Origin: Planctomycetota bacterium
GTDB lineage: Bacteria > Planctomycetota > UBA11346
Length of the DNA: 64,000 nucleotides
Direction: 5' to 3'
Assembly: GCA_025055595.1 (NCBI GenBank)
Contig: JANWWU010000083.1
Location: 200 to 64,199, forward strand
Shown here: in pieces, positions 37,632-46,891 of the stretch
How the letters are laid out: every line of letters begins with the position of its first letter
Position numbering within the stretch: position 1 is the stretch's first letter
Program-made: the position numbers and the translations under genes
The notes under the pieces: generated by a model
The model's database searches: none
What the model was told of the DNA's origin: nothing
The model's input: only the letters and a program-made list of their open reading frames with translations

Positions 37632-37694
37632 GCGGGCAGTACATGCACGCCGCCGCGCGGTCGAGCAGCCAGCGCCCGCCGAGGGCGCTCGCCC

Positions 37695-38087
37695 TCAGCG
37701 CGCGGCGGCGCCGATCTCCGGCGCCGCGGCGGCGGCGCGCGCGCGGTCGGCGACGATGTCGACCAGGCGTTCATCGAAGCCGAGATGCGGCCCGAGGCGG
37801 ATCAGGACCCCGGGATGGGCCTCGGCGAGCGCGCGCAGGCGTCGCGGCAGGTCCTCGGCGATATGCATGCCGAGGTGCAAGAGGTAGGGAACGACGAGCA
37901 GCTCGCGCGCGCCCTCGGCGATCGCGCGCTGCGCCGCCTGCTCCAGCGCCGGCTCGCTGAGCTCGAGGTAGCCGACTGCGACCCGCCAGCCCTGGCGCTC
38001 GGCCAGGCAGCGCGCGACGCGCTCCATCGCCGCCGCCGCCGCCGGCGCGCGCGAGCCATGGCCGATCAGCAGCACGGTCGTCGTCAT
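37695..38087 (-). CDS. cbiX: Sirohydrochlorin chelatase, CbiX small form
   Basis: An internal ATG at 38087 gives a 130-aa product beginning MTTTVLLIGHGSRAPAAAAAMERVA....LLVVPYLLHLGMHIAEDLP, which is CbiX/SirB-like. The upstream extension of the 291-aa ORF is rejected because it overlaps the next gene. Confidence 0.75.
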   Translation of the reverse strand: MTTTVLLIGHGSRAPAAAAAMERVARCLAERQGWRVAVGYLELSEPALEQAAQRAIAEGARELLVVPYLLHLGMHIAEDLPRRLRALAEAHPGVLIRLGPHLGFDERLVDIVADRARAAAAAPEIGAAAR

Positions 38088-38089
38088 GC

Positions 38090-40537
38090 TCACACCCAGT
38101 CGAGCTGCGCCGCCAGGGGCGGCGGCAGCTCGCCGCGGACGAAGCGCAGGCGGGCCCGCGCCCGGCTCGAGACATGATCGCGCAGCGTCGCCAAGACATC
38201 GAGCAGGCGGCGCTGCAGGCGCTCGGCCTCGGGGCCGAGGCGGGGGATGGCGAGGAAGTCGGTCAGCGCCTCGGCGAGCTCCTCGCGCTCGTCCTCGGTG
38301 AACTCGCCGGGCTTGACCGCGAGCCGCACCAGCTGCTCTGCGGCGCGCGCGGCGATGCGCGCGAGGTACTCGCCTTCGCCGGCGATCAGCACGCGCGCCA
38401 GACAGCGCGCGACCGCCAGGCGCCCGACCTGCGGGGCCAGGGCCTCGGCGATCCGCACCCGCAGGTGGGCCGGGCACTCGCGGTCGCTGGCGATCGCCGC
38501 CAGGGCTTCGGCGAGGGCCTGGACATTGCCCGGGCCCCAGACGAGGCGCCAGGACGCGACCTCCCGCCACTGCGTCACCAGGCGGTCGACGATGCGCACG
38601 CGCAGAGCCGTACAGTGCGGGGAGCGCGCGATGCGGGTCAGCGCGGCGATGATCCGCGGCACGAGCTCGGTGTGCGCCGCTAGCCGCTCGTCGAGCTGAT
38701 AAGTCAGCTCGCCGGTCGCCGGGTCGGCGAGCGCTGGCGCCGCGCTCGGCGGCAGCTCGGCGCAGGCCTCGATCAGTAGGTCTTCGACGATCGCCTGGCG
38801 GCGTTCCTCGGGGCAGGCGGCGCTCGCCGCGAGGTAGCCGAGGGCTTCGTAACCGTGCCGCCCGAGGCCGTGGCAGGCGGCGTCGACCTCGCCGGCCAGC
38901 TGCCGGTCGGCGCTGGCGGCCTCGGCGAGGATGCGGGCCGCCGCCGCGACCAGGGCCCCGCGCTCTTCGCCCTCCTCGCTACGGCGCAGGCCGGCGAGCA
39001 GACGGCGCGCCGCCGCCGCCGGCTCCGGCAGGCGCAGGACGATCTCGGGCAGGAGGGCGATCAGCTGCCGGCGCACGCGCAGCAGCGGATGGTTCTCGAT
39101 GCCGTCCCACACCGCCGGCAGGGCCGCATCACCGATGCCGATGATCGCCCCGCAGACGAGGTCGACCGTGCGATCGGCGCGGTAGCGCGCCAGGGTCTCG
39201 ATCAGCGGCGGGACGAGGGCGGCGCGCGCCGCCGGACGGCAGGGCAGGAGGGTCGGCAGCTGCTGCTCGAGCGCGGTGACGAGATGCGGTCCGGGAGCCT
39301 CGCGCAGCAGGCGGCGCAGGACATCGGCGAGCTCGTCGGCGGTGTCGACATCGATCGCGCCGTCGCGCGCCAGCTCGGCGAGCAGCCAGTGCACGCTGGT
39401 GTCGTGAGCCCGGCACAGGCGCATGCCGCGCGCCGCGATGCGGCGCGCCAAGCTGCGCTCGGCGTCGCCGCGGCGCAGCGCCGCCGCCAGCGGCATGCGG
39501 TCGCGCGGCTCCTCGTCAGGCGACAGCAGGAGATCGACGCCGCGCTCGAGGACCTGCTCCGAGAGCGCGGCTCCCGGCGCCGCGAGCAGGACGATAACCC
39601 GGGCGTCCTGCTCGGGACCGAAGCCGAGAGCGCGCTGCAGGGCGGCGGCGACGCGCGCCGGCGCCTGCTCCTGCAGGCCGCGGACGAGATCGAGCAGCGA
39701 GAAGGGAGTCGGCAGCAGCAGCTCGAGCAGGCGCTCGAGCGCGCGGTGCCCGGCCAGCCGCGGCGCCAGCGCCGCCGCCGCGGCGATCAGGCCGCGCGTC
39801 ACCTCGCCGCGCACCGCCTGCGCGGTCAGCGCAGCGATCGCCAGATCCTGCTGCTCGGCCGGCAGCGCCGACAGGGCGACAGCGAGGCGCTGCAAGCCCT
39901 GCTCATCGCGCCGCTGCAGCGCGCGGACGAGGTCGACGACGACCGCATGCCCGCCGGCCGCGGCGACCAGCGTGATCGCCCGTTCGCGGACCAGCTCCGC
40001 GCTGTCGGCGAGCAGGAGCGGCATCAGCTCGCCGACCACCGACAGCGGGGCCCCGGCGTAGCGCAGGCGTTCGAGCGCCGCTGCGCGCTGGTCGGCCTCG
40101 CGCGCCTGCATCAGGCCCTCGACCGAGGCGCGCAGCGGCGGCGCCAGCGTCGCGACCAGCGCCGGCAGCCCGCTGTCGGCGGGCGGCTCGGCGAGCGCCG
40201 GCGCCAGGGGATTGCCGACCTCGTCGGCCAGCGCCACCGTGCGCCACCCATCGGCATCGGCGATCACCTGCAGGTCCTCGCGGCCGGCGGCGGCCAGCAC
40301 CGCCGCCGGGTCCTGGCCGAGGCGGCGGTCGGCGAGCAGGCGCCGGCCGGCGTCGTCGGCGACCAGGCTCTCGAGGGCCAGCGCGGTGAAGCAGACGCGG
40401 GCCTCGAGCAGGGCGCCGACGCGCAGCAGCAGGCGCAGGTCGGCGCCGATGATGCGCCGGATGTCGTTGGCATCGCCGGCCCGCAGTCCCTTGGCCATGC
40501 CGGCAGGGTCGCGCCGCGCGGCTGCGCACAAGCGCAT
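38090..40537 (-). CDS. Large alpha-helical repeat (HEAT/ARM-like) hypothetical protein
   Basis: The ATG at 40537 overlaps the Rieske gene stop. It is 815 aa of Leu/Ala/Arg-rich helical repeats with no recognisable catalytic motif. The R-rich 90 aa upstream in the ORF track are rejected. Confidence 0.6.
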   Translation of the reverse strand: MRLCAAARRDPAGMAKGLRAGDANDIRRIIGADLRLLLRVGALLEARVCFTALALESLVADDAGRRLLADRRLGQDPAAVLAAAGREDLQVIADADGWRTVALADEVGNPLAPALAEPPADSGLPALVATLAPPLRASVEGLMQAREADQRAAALERLRYAGAPLSVVGELMPLLLADSAELVRERAITLVAAAGGHAVVVDLVRALQRRDEQGLQRLAVALSALPAEQQDLAIAALTAQAVRGEVTRGLIAAAAALAPRLAGHRALERLLELLLPTPFSLLDLVRGLQEQAPARVAAALQRALGFGPEQDARVIVLLAAPGAALSEQVLERGVDLLLSPDEEPRDRMPLAAALRRGDAERSLARRIAARGMRLCRAHDTSVHWLLAELARDGAIDVDTADELADVLRRLLREAPGPHLVTALEQQLPTLLPCRPAARAALVPPLIETLARYRADRTVDLVCGAIIGIGDAALPAVWDGIENHPLLRVRRQLIALLPEIVLRLPEPAAAARRLLAGLRRSEEGEERGALVAAAARILAEAASADRQLAGEVDAACHGLGRHGYEALGYLAASAACPEERRQAIVEDLLIEACAELPPSAAPALADPATGELTYQLDERLAAHTELVPRIIAALTRIARSPHCTALRVRIVDRLVTQWREVASWRLVWGPGNVQALAEALAAIASDRECPAHLRVRIAEALAPQVGRLAVARCLARVLIAGEGEYLARIAARAAEQLVRLAVKPGEFTEDEREELAEALTDFLAIPRLGPEAERLQRRLLDVLATLRDHVSSRARARLRFVRGELPPPLAAQLDWV

Positions 40538-40854
40538 CACACCCCGATCTCGATGCGCCCCGCGCGCACGCGCACCGGGTAGGAGACGGCGGGCCGCTGC
40601 GGATCGCCGCGCACGCAGGCGCCGTCGCTGAGGCGGAAGCGCCAGCCGTGCGCCGGACAGGCGACGGCGCCCTCGGCGAGGGCCCCGCGCTGCAGGCTGA
40701 CGCCGGCATGCGGACAGGCCTCCTTCAGCGCGTAGAAGCGCTCGCCGAGCCGCCACACGACGAGGCGGCGCGCGCCGATGCGCAGCGCTCGGCCCTCGCC
40801 GTCGCGCCACTCGTCGGCGCTGCCGACATCGACCCAGCGCCAGTCCTCGCTCAT
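40537..40854 (-). CDS. Small Rieske [2Fe-2S] protein, NirD-like
   Basis: The 105-aa protein has Rieske ligand boxes CPHAG and CPAHGW, consistent with NirD. Its start overlaps the nadB stop and its stop overlaps the repeat-protein start. Confidence 0.85.
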   Translation of the reverse strand: MSEDWRWVDVGSADEWRDGEGRALRIGARRLVVWRLGERFYALKEACPHAGVSLQRGALAEGAVACPAHGWRFRLSDGACVRGDPQRPAVSYPVRVRAGRIEIGV

Positions 40855-42473
40855 CGCGCCTCCCGGCGCAGGCCGTAGTGGACGAGCACCGGCTCGCCGG
40901 CGCTGTCCTGGCGGGTGTGCGTGCCGAGGCTCGCCGTGCGGCGCTCCGCGGCCCGCGCGATCAGCGACGCGGCGAGCAGCATGTCCTGCAGCTCCCAGCC
41001 GGCAGTGCCGCGCAGGAAGCCGTTGGCCTGGTGCGCCATCCAGAAGGCGAGCGAGCGGCGGGCCAGGGCCAGCTCGCGCGCCTGGCGCTCGATGCCGACG
41101 CTGCGCCACATCAGCGCGCGAACGCTGCCGACGAGGTCGGCGATGTCCAGGCCCTCGATCGGCGGTGCGCGGTGCTCGGCGCGCAGCGGGCCGCTCGGCT
41201 GGACCTCGGCCGCGGCGTCGCGGCCGGCGGCGAGGCCGACGACCAGGCCCTCGAGCAGGCTGTTCGAGGCCAGGCGGTTGGCGCCGTGCAGGCCGGTGCA
41301 GGCGACCTCGCCGGCCGCCCACAGCCCGGGCACAGTGGTGCGGCCCCGCGCATCGCTGACCACCCCGCCGCAGTGGTAGTGCGCGCTCGGATGCACCGGC
41401 AGCCAGGCCGCGCCGGGATCGATGCCGAAGCGCATGCAGGTATGGTAGATCGAGGGGAAGCGCTCGCGCAGGAAGGCGCTGCCGAGGTGGGTGGCGTCGA
41501 GCCAGACATGCGGATAGCCGCTGCGGCGGATCTCGGCGACGATCGCGCGGGTGACGACATCGCGCGGGGCGAGCTCGGCGTCCGGATGATAGCGCGGCAT
41601 GAAGCGCTCGCCCTCGTGGTTCTTGAGCAGCGCGCCCTCGCCGCGCATCGCCTCGGTGATCAGCAGGCGCGCGGCGCCGGCGATGTACAGCGTCGTCGGA
41701 TGGAACTGCATGAACTCGAGGTCGGCGACGACCGCGCCGGCGCGGTAGGCCATCGCCAGGCCATCGCCGGTGGCGAGCGGCGGATTGGTCGTCTCGCGCC
41801 ACAGCGCGCCGCAGCCGCCGGTGGCGAGGATCACCGCGCCGGCGCGCGCCGCGTAGACCTCCTCACGCTGGCAGTAGGTCGCGCCCGCGATGCGGCCGTC
41901 GCGGTCGAGCAGGTCGATCGCGAACGCGCGCTCGATGATCGTGATCCGCTCGTCGGCGCGCGCCGCCTGCGCCAGCGCGCGCGCGATCTCGGCCCCCGTC
42001 GCATCGCCGTGGGCGTGCAGGATGCGGCGCGCGCTGTGCCCGCCCTCGCGCGCCAGCAGCGGGCGACCCTGGGCGTCCTGGTCGAAGCGGCAGCCGAGGC
42101 GGCGCAGCAGGCGCAGCGCCTCCTCGGCGCCGCCGAGGATCGCGCGCACCGCCGGCTCGTAGCACAGCCCGCAGCCGGCGGCCAGCGTGTCGGCGACATG
42201 CCGCTCGAGGTCGTCGTCGGCGGCCCGCTCGTGCTCGTCGAGGACGGCGGCGATGCCGCCCTGGGCCCAGGCGGTGTTCGACACCGCCAGCTCGCCCTTG
42301 CACAGCACGAGCACCTCGCGGCCGGCCTCGGCGGCGGCGAGCGCCGCGCTCAGCCCAGCGATGCCAGCGCCGATCACCAGCACCTCGGTCTCCAGCCCCG
42401 GACGCCGGCGCGGATCGAAGCCGACGAGGTAGCGCGGGCACGGCGGCCCGGGCTCGCAGACGACCGGCAGCAT
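40851..42473 (-). CDS. nadB: L-aspartate oxidase
   Basis: The ATG at 42473 (MLPVVCEPG...) is followed by an FAD fold GxGxxG (VLVIGAGIAGLSAA) and an NadB-like capping domain and C-terminal helical domain. It is about 540 aa. Confidence 0.9.
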   Translation of the reverse strand: MLPVVCEPGPPCPRYLVGFDPRRRPGLETEVLVIGAGIAGLSAALAAAEAGREVLVLCKGELAVSNTAWAQGGIAAVLDEHERAADDDLERHVADTLAAGCGLCYEPAVRAILGGAEEALRLLRRLGCRFDQDAQGRPLLAREGGHSARRILHAHGDATGAEIARALAQAARADERITIIERAFAIDLLDRDGRIAGATYCQREEVYAARAGAVILATGGCGALWRETTNPPLATGDGLAMAYRAGAVVADLEFMQFHPTTLYIAGAARLLITEAMRGEGALLKNHEGERFMPRYHPDAELAPRDVVTRAIVAEIRRSGYPHVWLDATHLGSAFLRERFPSIYHTCMRFGIDPGAAWLPVHPSAHYHCGGVVSDARGRTTVPGLWAAGEVACTGLHGANRLASNSLLEGLVVGLAAGRDAAAEVQPSGPLRAEHRAPPIEGLDIADLVGSVRALMWRSVGIERQARELALARRSLAFWMAHQANGFLRGTAGWELQDMLLAASLIARAAERRTASLGTHTRQDSAGEPVLVHYGLRREAR

Positions 42474-42528
42474 GCGCGCAGTGTATGCGCGCGGCCGCGA
42501 AGTCCTGTCCGCTGCGCCGCCGCCGGCA

Positions 42529-42555
42529 TTGACCGGAGGCCGCATCTGGTATCAT
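42529..42555 (+). promoter_or_regulatory. Candidate sigma70-type promoter for metK
   Basis: TTGACC (42529-34), a 15-nt spacer and TATCAT (42550-55) lie about 28 nt upstream of the GGAGGA RBS and the ATG. The leader is too short to hold a SAM riboswitch. Confidence 0.35.
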
Positions 42556-42583
42556 TGCATCGTCATACATCGATGGAGGACGG

Positions 42584-43747
42584 ATGGCGCGCTCGCTGTT
42601 CACTTCGGAGTCGGTGTCGATGGGGCATCCCGACAAGGTCGCGGACCAGATCTCCGATGCGATCCTCGATGCGCATCTGGCGCAGGATCCGGCGAGCCGC
42701 GTCGCCTGCGAGACGCTGTGCACGACCGGCCTGGTGATCGTCGCCGGCGAGGTGACCTCGCGCGCCGTCGTCAACGTGCAGGAGGTCGTCCGCCGCACGA
42801 TCCGCGAGATCGGCTACGATGTCCCGGGCATCGGCTTCGACGCCGACAGCTGCGGGGTGCTGGTCGCGCTGCACGGCCAGAGCCCCGACATCGCGCTCGG
42901 CGTCGATGAGCGGGCGGACAAGGAGCAGGGCGCCGGCGACCAGGGGATGATGTTCGGCTTCGCCGTCGACGAGACTCCGGAGCTGATGCCGCTGCCGATC
43001 GCGCTCGCCCACGCCCTGGTCGCCGAGCTCGCCCGCCTGCGCCAGAGCGGGGCCCTGGCTTACCTGCGGCCCGATGCCAAGAGCCAGGTCACCGTCGAAT
43101 ACGACGGCGAGCGGCCGGTGCGCGTGCACACCGTCGTCGTCTCGACGCAGCACGCCAGCGGCATCGATCAGCAGCGGATCCGCGCCGACATGATCGCGAT
43201 GGCGACGCGGGTGATCAACGCCGCCTCCGCGGTGCAGGTCGACGCCGACACGATCTTCCACGTCAACCCGACCGGCAAGTTCGAGATCGGCGGCCCGCAC
43301 GGCGACACCGGCCTGACCGGACGCAAGATCATCGTCGACACCTACGGCGGGATGGGCCGCCACGGCGGCGGGGCCTTCTCGGGCAAGGACCCGAGCAAGG
43401 TCGATCGCAGCGCGGCCTACGCCGCGCGCTGGGTGGCCAAGCACATCGTCGCCGCCAGGCTGGCGCGCCGCTGCGAGGTGCAGGTCGCCTACGCGATCGG
43501 CATCGCCAAGCCGGTGTCGGTCAAGGTCGACACCTTCGGCACCGGGACGCTGCGCGACGACCTGCTCGCCGAGGCCGTGCAGCGCGTCTTCGATCTGCGG
43601 CCGAAGGCGATCATCCGGGACCTCGACCTGCTGCGCCCGATCTACCGCCACACCGCCTACCACGGGCACTTCGGGCGGCCCGAGTTCCCCTGGGAGCGCA
43701 CCGAGCGCCTGGCGGCGCTGCAGGCCGCGGTGCGCGCGCTCTCCTGA
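42584..43747 (+). CDS. metK: S-adenosylmethionine synthetase
   Basis: The 387-aa protein carries [23 protein letters not shown] and [23 protein letters not shown] signatures. Confidence 0.97.
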   Translation: MARSLFTSESVSMGHPDKVADQISDAILDAHLAQDPASRVACETLCTTGLVIVAGEVTSRAVVNVQEVVRRTIREIGYDVPGIGFDADSCGVLVALHGQSPDIALGVDERADKEQGAGDQGMMFGFAVDETPELMPLPIALAHALVAELARLRQSGALAYLRPDAKSQVTVEYDGERPVRVHTVVVSTQHASGIDQQRIRADMIAMATRVINAASAVQVDADTIFHVNPTGKFEIGGPHGDTGLTGRKIIVDTYGGMGRHGGGAFSGKDPSKVDRSAAYAARWVAKHIVAARLARRCEVQVAYAIGIAKPVSVKVDTFGTGTLRDDLLAEAVQRVFDLRPKAIIRDLDLLRPIYRHTAYHGHFGRPEFPWERTERLAALQAAVRALS

Positions 43748-43753
43748 AACAGC

Positions 43754-43777
43754 GCGCCCCGCCGGACGGCGGGGCGC
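43754..43777. terminator. Bidirectional intrinsic-terminator-like hairpin between convergent metK and hpf
   Basis: GCGCCCCGCC-GGAC-GGCGGGGCGC forms a perfect 10-bp GC stem with a 4-nt loop. There is no clear U-tract, which is common in high-GC genomes. Confidence 0.5.
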
Positions 43778-43823
43778 AGCCGCAACGCAGCAACGCAACC
43801 GCGGCGCAGGGGCGCCGGCAGCG

Positions 43824-44156
43824 CTAGGCGATCGCGCGCTCGCGCTCGCCGTGGCGCATGCCGTGGTGCGCGTGCTTGTCGTGGATCCGGCGCAGCTGCG
43901 CCGCGCACTTGTCGGCGACGACATCGACCGCCGCGTACACCGTCTGCTCGAGGTCGTGGGCGATGATGTCCTTGCCGTGCGGCAGGTGCATCTCGACATC
44001 GACGCGATAGCCCGCGCGCTCGCCCTGGTGGATCGTGACATGGATCTTGTGCAGCCCGGCGTGGTACTTCTTGAGGGCGCCGAGCTTCTCGACGATGTAG
44101 GCGCGCACGCGATCGCTGACCTCGTAGTGGACGCCGGTGATCTGGATGTCGGGCAT
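43824..44156 (-). CDS. hpf: Ribosome hibernation promoting factor (short HPF/RaiA form)
   Basis: An internal ATG at 44156 gives a 110-aa product beginning MPDIQITGVHYEVSDRVRAYIVEKLGALKKY, with an HPF/YfiA fold. Confidence 0.9.
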   Translation of the reverse strand: MPDIQITGVHYEVSDRVRAYIVEKLGALKKYHAGLHKIHVTIHQGERAGYRVDVEMHLPHGKDIIAHDLEQTVYAAVDVVADKCAAQLRRIHDKHAHHGMRHGERERAIA

Positions 44157-44285
44157 GGTTCGCCTCCGGCCGCCGGCGGCCCACGCGCCGGCGTGTTTGG
44201 GTGATGACGGGGCGTGGGCTCCCCTACCGAGCGCATTGTACAGGGGGTCGATGGCGCCTGTCAAGACAGAAAGGCGCAGCGTCGC

Positions 44286-45071
44286 TCAGGACGGCGCGCG
44301 CGCCGAGAATGGCGACGCCTCGCGCGGCCCCTCGCGACCGTGCTCCTGCAGGAAGTGGCTGAGCAGCGCCAGGACGCGGCCGCTCGTCGGCGCCAGCGCG
44401 TCCTCGGCGAAGCCGTAGCCGGCGCTGGCGATGACCTCGCAGCGCACCGCCTCGCCGCTGCCCGCGGCGTGCGCCGCCAGCGCCTGGGCCTGGGCGAGGG
44501 GCACCTCGCGGTCGTGCTCGCCGTGCAGCAGCAAGAGCGGCGGCCAGTCGGCCGGATCCTGGCGCAGCGGCGAGAGGTCCTTGTGCCGCGCCATCGCGAA
44601 GCGGTCGCAGGCCGGAATGTGCGCGGCGGCGGTGCCATGGCCCTGCTCGAGGGTGGCGAGGACGCCGAGCGCGGCCAGCGCGCGCACCGGCACGCGGTGC
44701 GCCAGGCGCGGCAGCAGGCAGAAGGCGGCGAGCGATCCGCTGCCGTGTCCGACGAGGACCAGCGAGCTCCCGTCGAAGCCGAGGACCTGCGCCTCCTCGA
44801 GCGCTCGGCAGGCGGCGTTGGCGAGGTCGGTCAGCACCTCGTCGCCGGTGCGCGCGCCCTCGCCGAGCGGGCGGTGGCCGAGCGTGGCGACGGCGTAGCC
44901 GCGCCCGGCCAACAGCAGCGCGAAGCCGCGCCCGCGCTCGCAGCGCCCGTCGGCCCACCATCCGGCATCGATGCTGCATATCAGCGCCGACTCGGTCGCC
45001 GCCGGCACGAAGACATCGAGGCGCTGCCGCGGGTGGTTGCCATACGGCACGCTGAGCGCGGCGCTGATCAT
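44286..45071 (-). CDS. Alpha/beta hydrolase fold protein (putative esterase)
   Basis: The ATG at 45071 gives a 261-aa product. It has an oxyanion HGGGW-like region (DAGWWADG), a nucleophile-elbow-like LVGHGSGS, and a C-terminal His (LLLHGEHD). It is real sequence inside the spurious 738-aa ORF. Confidence 0.7.
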   Translation of the reverse strand: MISAALSVPYGNHPRQRLDVFVPAATESALICSIDAGWWADGRCERGRGFALLLAGRGYAVATLGHRPLGEGARTGDEVLTDLANAACRALEEAQVLGFDGSSLVLVGHGSGSLAAFCLLPRLAHRVPVRALAALGVLATLEQGHGTAAAHIPACDRFAMARHKDLSPLRQDPADWPPLLLLHGEHDREVPLAQAQALAAHAAGSGEAVRCEVIASAGYGFAEDALAPTSGRVLALLSHFLQEHGREGPREASPFSARAPS

Positions 45072-45076
45072 GGCGC

Positions 45077-46843
45077 TCACATCCGCTCCGGGGCGGCGAG
45101 GCCGAGCAGGTGCAGGCCCTCGGCGAGGGCCCCGCGCGCCGCGCGCACGAGCAGCAGGCGCGCGGCGCACAGCTCCCGATCCTCGCCGAGGACCTTGGCG
45201 CCGTGCTCGCGGTTGCCGGCGGTCAGCCAGGCCGAGACCGCGCCCGCCAGCCGCAGGACGGCCTGCGCGAGGATGCTCGGCTCGTCGGCGTCGACCGCGC
45301 GCTCGAGCTGGGCGCGCAGGCCGGCGATCGCCAGCAGCACCGCCTTCTCGTCGTCGCGCGTCAGCAGGCGCGGATCGCCGCCGCCATCGACCGTCGCCTT
45401 GCGCTCGATCGAGCACAGCCGGGCGTGCGCGTACTGCACATAGGGCCCGGTCTCGCCGTCGAAGCGCAGCGCGTCCTCGAAGCGGAACTTGACATCGTTG
45501 ACCCGCGCATGCTTGAGGTCGTTGAAGACGACGGCGCCGATGCCGACGGCGCGCGCGACGCGCTCGCGCTCCTCGCCGACCAGCTCGGGGTTCTTCTCGG
45601 CGATGATCGCGCGCGCGCGCTCGACCGCCTCCTCCAAGACCTCGGCCAGCAGCATGACGCGGCCGGCCCGGGTGCGGCCCTTGGCCCAGCCCGGGGCCAG
45701 GCCGGGGCCGGGCTCGTCGTTCCACATCAGCAGCACGCCGAAGCCGACATGGCGCAGGCGGTCGGCATAAGGCCGGCCGAGCAAGCGCGCGACCGCGAAC
45801 CACTCCTGGAAGTGCAGCGACTGGCCGAGGTCGACGACATAGAGCGCGCGGTCGAAGCCGTAGCGCGCGTAGCGCTCGTCGGCCGCCGCGAGATCGCGCG
45901 TCGCGTAGAGCGTGCCGCCGTCGGCGCGCTGCAGCAGCACCGGCTTCTTGAACTGGGGGAAGCCCCGGGCCGCGAGGTCGACGACCGTCGCGCCGTCGTC
46001 GACGGTCGCCAGGCCGCGCGCGCGCAGCTCGGCGAGCAGCGGCGCCATCTTGTCCTCGTACCAGGACTCGCCGCGCCAGTCGTCGAAGTCGACGCCGAGC
46101 AGCTCGTAGACGCGGCGGAACTCGGCGAGCGAGGCCTCGCGGAAGGCCTGCCAGAGCTGGCGGGCCTCGGGATCGCCGTCCTCCAGCGCCTTCGACCAGC
46201 GCCGCGCGTCCTCCTCCAGCGCCGGGTCCTGCTCGGCGGCGCGGCTGGCGCGCACATAGAGCTCGTTGAGAAAGCCGACGGGATCGGCCGCGCGCGCGAG
46301 GTCGGGCAGCTGCAGCCCCTCGCGCTTCCAGCCGCTGATCAGTCGCCCGAAGGCGGTGCCCCAGTCGCCGAGGAAGTTGATGCGGACGACCCGCCAGCCG
46401 GCGGCGGCATAGAGCCGGCTCAGGCTGTGCCCGATCATCGTCGAGCGGATGTGGTGCACGGCGAGGTGCTTGGCGATGTTCGGGCTGCTGAAGTCGATGC
46501 ACACCGTGCGGCCGCGGCCTTGCGCCGAGCGCAGGGCGAGCTGCGGCTCGTCGGCGAGCAGCGGCAGGAAGGCGCTGGCGACCGCCGCTGGCGTCCAGCG
46601 CAGGTTGAGGAAGGGGCCGGCCGCCCGGGCCTCGGCCAGGCCCGAGCGCGCGACCGCCGCCGCCAGTCGCGCCGCCAGCGCCGGCGGTGCGACGCCGAGC
46701 GCCTGCGCCGGCTGGAAGCAGGGCAGCGCGAGGTCGGCGTCGCCGACGCGCGGCGGCGCCAGCGCCCCCGCCAGCGCCGTCGGCTCCAGGCCGGTCTCGC
46801 GCGCCAGCACCTCGAGGACCGGGGCGGTCAGGCGTTCGAGCAT
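45077..46843 (-). CDS. argS: Arginine--tRNA ligase
   Basis: The ATG at 46843 gives a 588-aa class I aaRS with HIGH-like SSPNIAKHLAVHH and a DALR anticodon-binding C-terminus. Confidence 0.95.
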   Translation of the reverse strand: MLERLTAPVLEVLARETGLEPTALAGALAPPRVGDADLALPCFQPAQALGVAPPALAARLAAAVARSGLAEARAAGPFLNLRWTPAAVASAFLPLLADEPQLALRSAQGRGRTVCIDFSSPNIAKHLAVHHIRSTMIGHSLSRLYAAAGWRVVRINFLGDWGTAFGRLISGWKREGLQLPDLARAADPVGFLNELYVRASRAAEQDPALEEDARRWSKALEDGDPEARQLWQAFREASLAEFRRVYELLGVDFDDWRGESWYEDKMAPLLAELRARGLATVDDGATVVDLAARGFPQFKKPVLLQRADGGTLYATRDLAAADERYARYGFDRALYVVDLGQSLHFQEWFAVARLLGRPYADRLRHVGFGVLLMWNDEPGPGLAPGWAKGRTRAGRVMLLAEVLEEAVERARAIIAEKNPELVGEERERVARAVGIGAVVFNDLKHARVNDVKFRFEDALRFDGETGPYVQYAHARLCSIERKATVDGGGDPRLLTRDDEKAVLLAIAGLRAQLERAVDADEPSILAQAVLRLAGAVSAWLTAGNREHGAKVLGEDRELCAARLLLVRAARGALAEGLHLLGLAAPERM

Positions 46844-46891
46844 GGTCGAGGCAGTGTGCCGCGGGCCTTCACCCCGCAAGGCGGACGGCGC

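Noticed and set aside
37695-38570. The 291-aa ORF as a long N-terminally extended CbiX
   Set aside because: The upstream 160 codons are R/P/G-rich and overlap the 3' end of the helical-repeat gene in another frame. The CbiX homology begins at the internal ATG (38087).
42474-42583. A SAM riboswitch upstream of metK
   Set aside because: Only about 110 nt separate nadB and metK, and a plausible promoter sits about 28 nt before the RBS. That leaves no room for a SAM-I aptamer of about 100 nt, and I saw no conserved SAM-box features.
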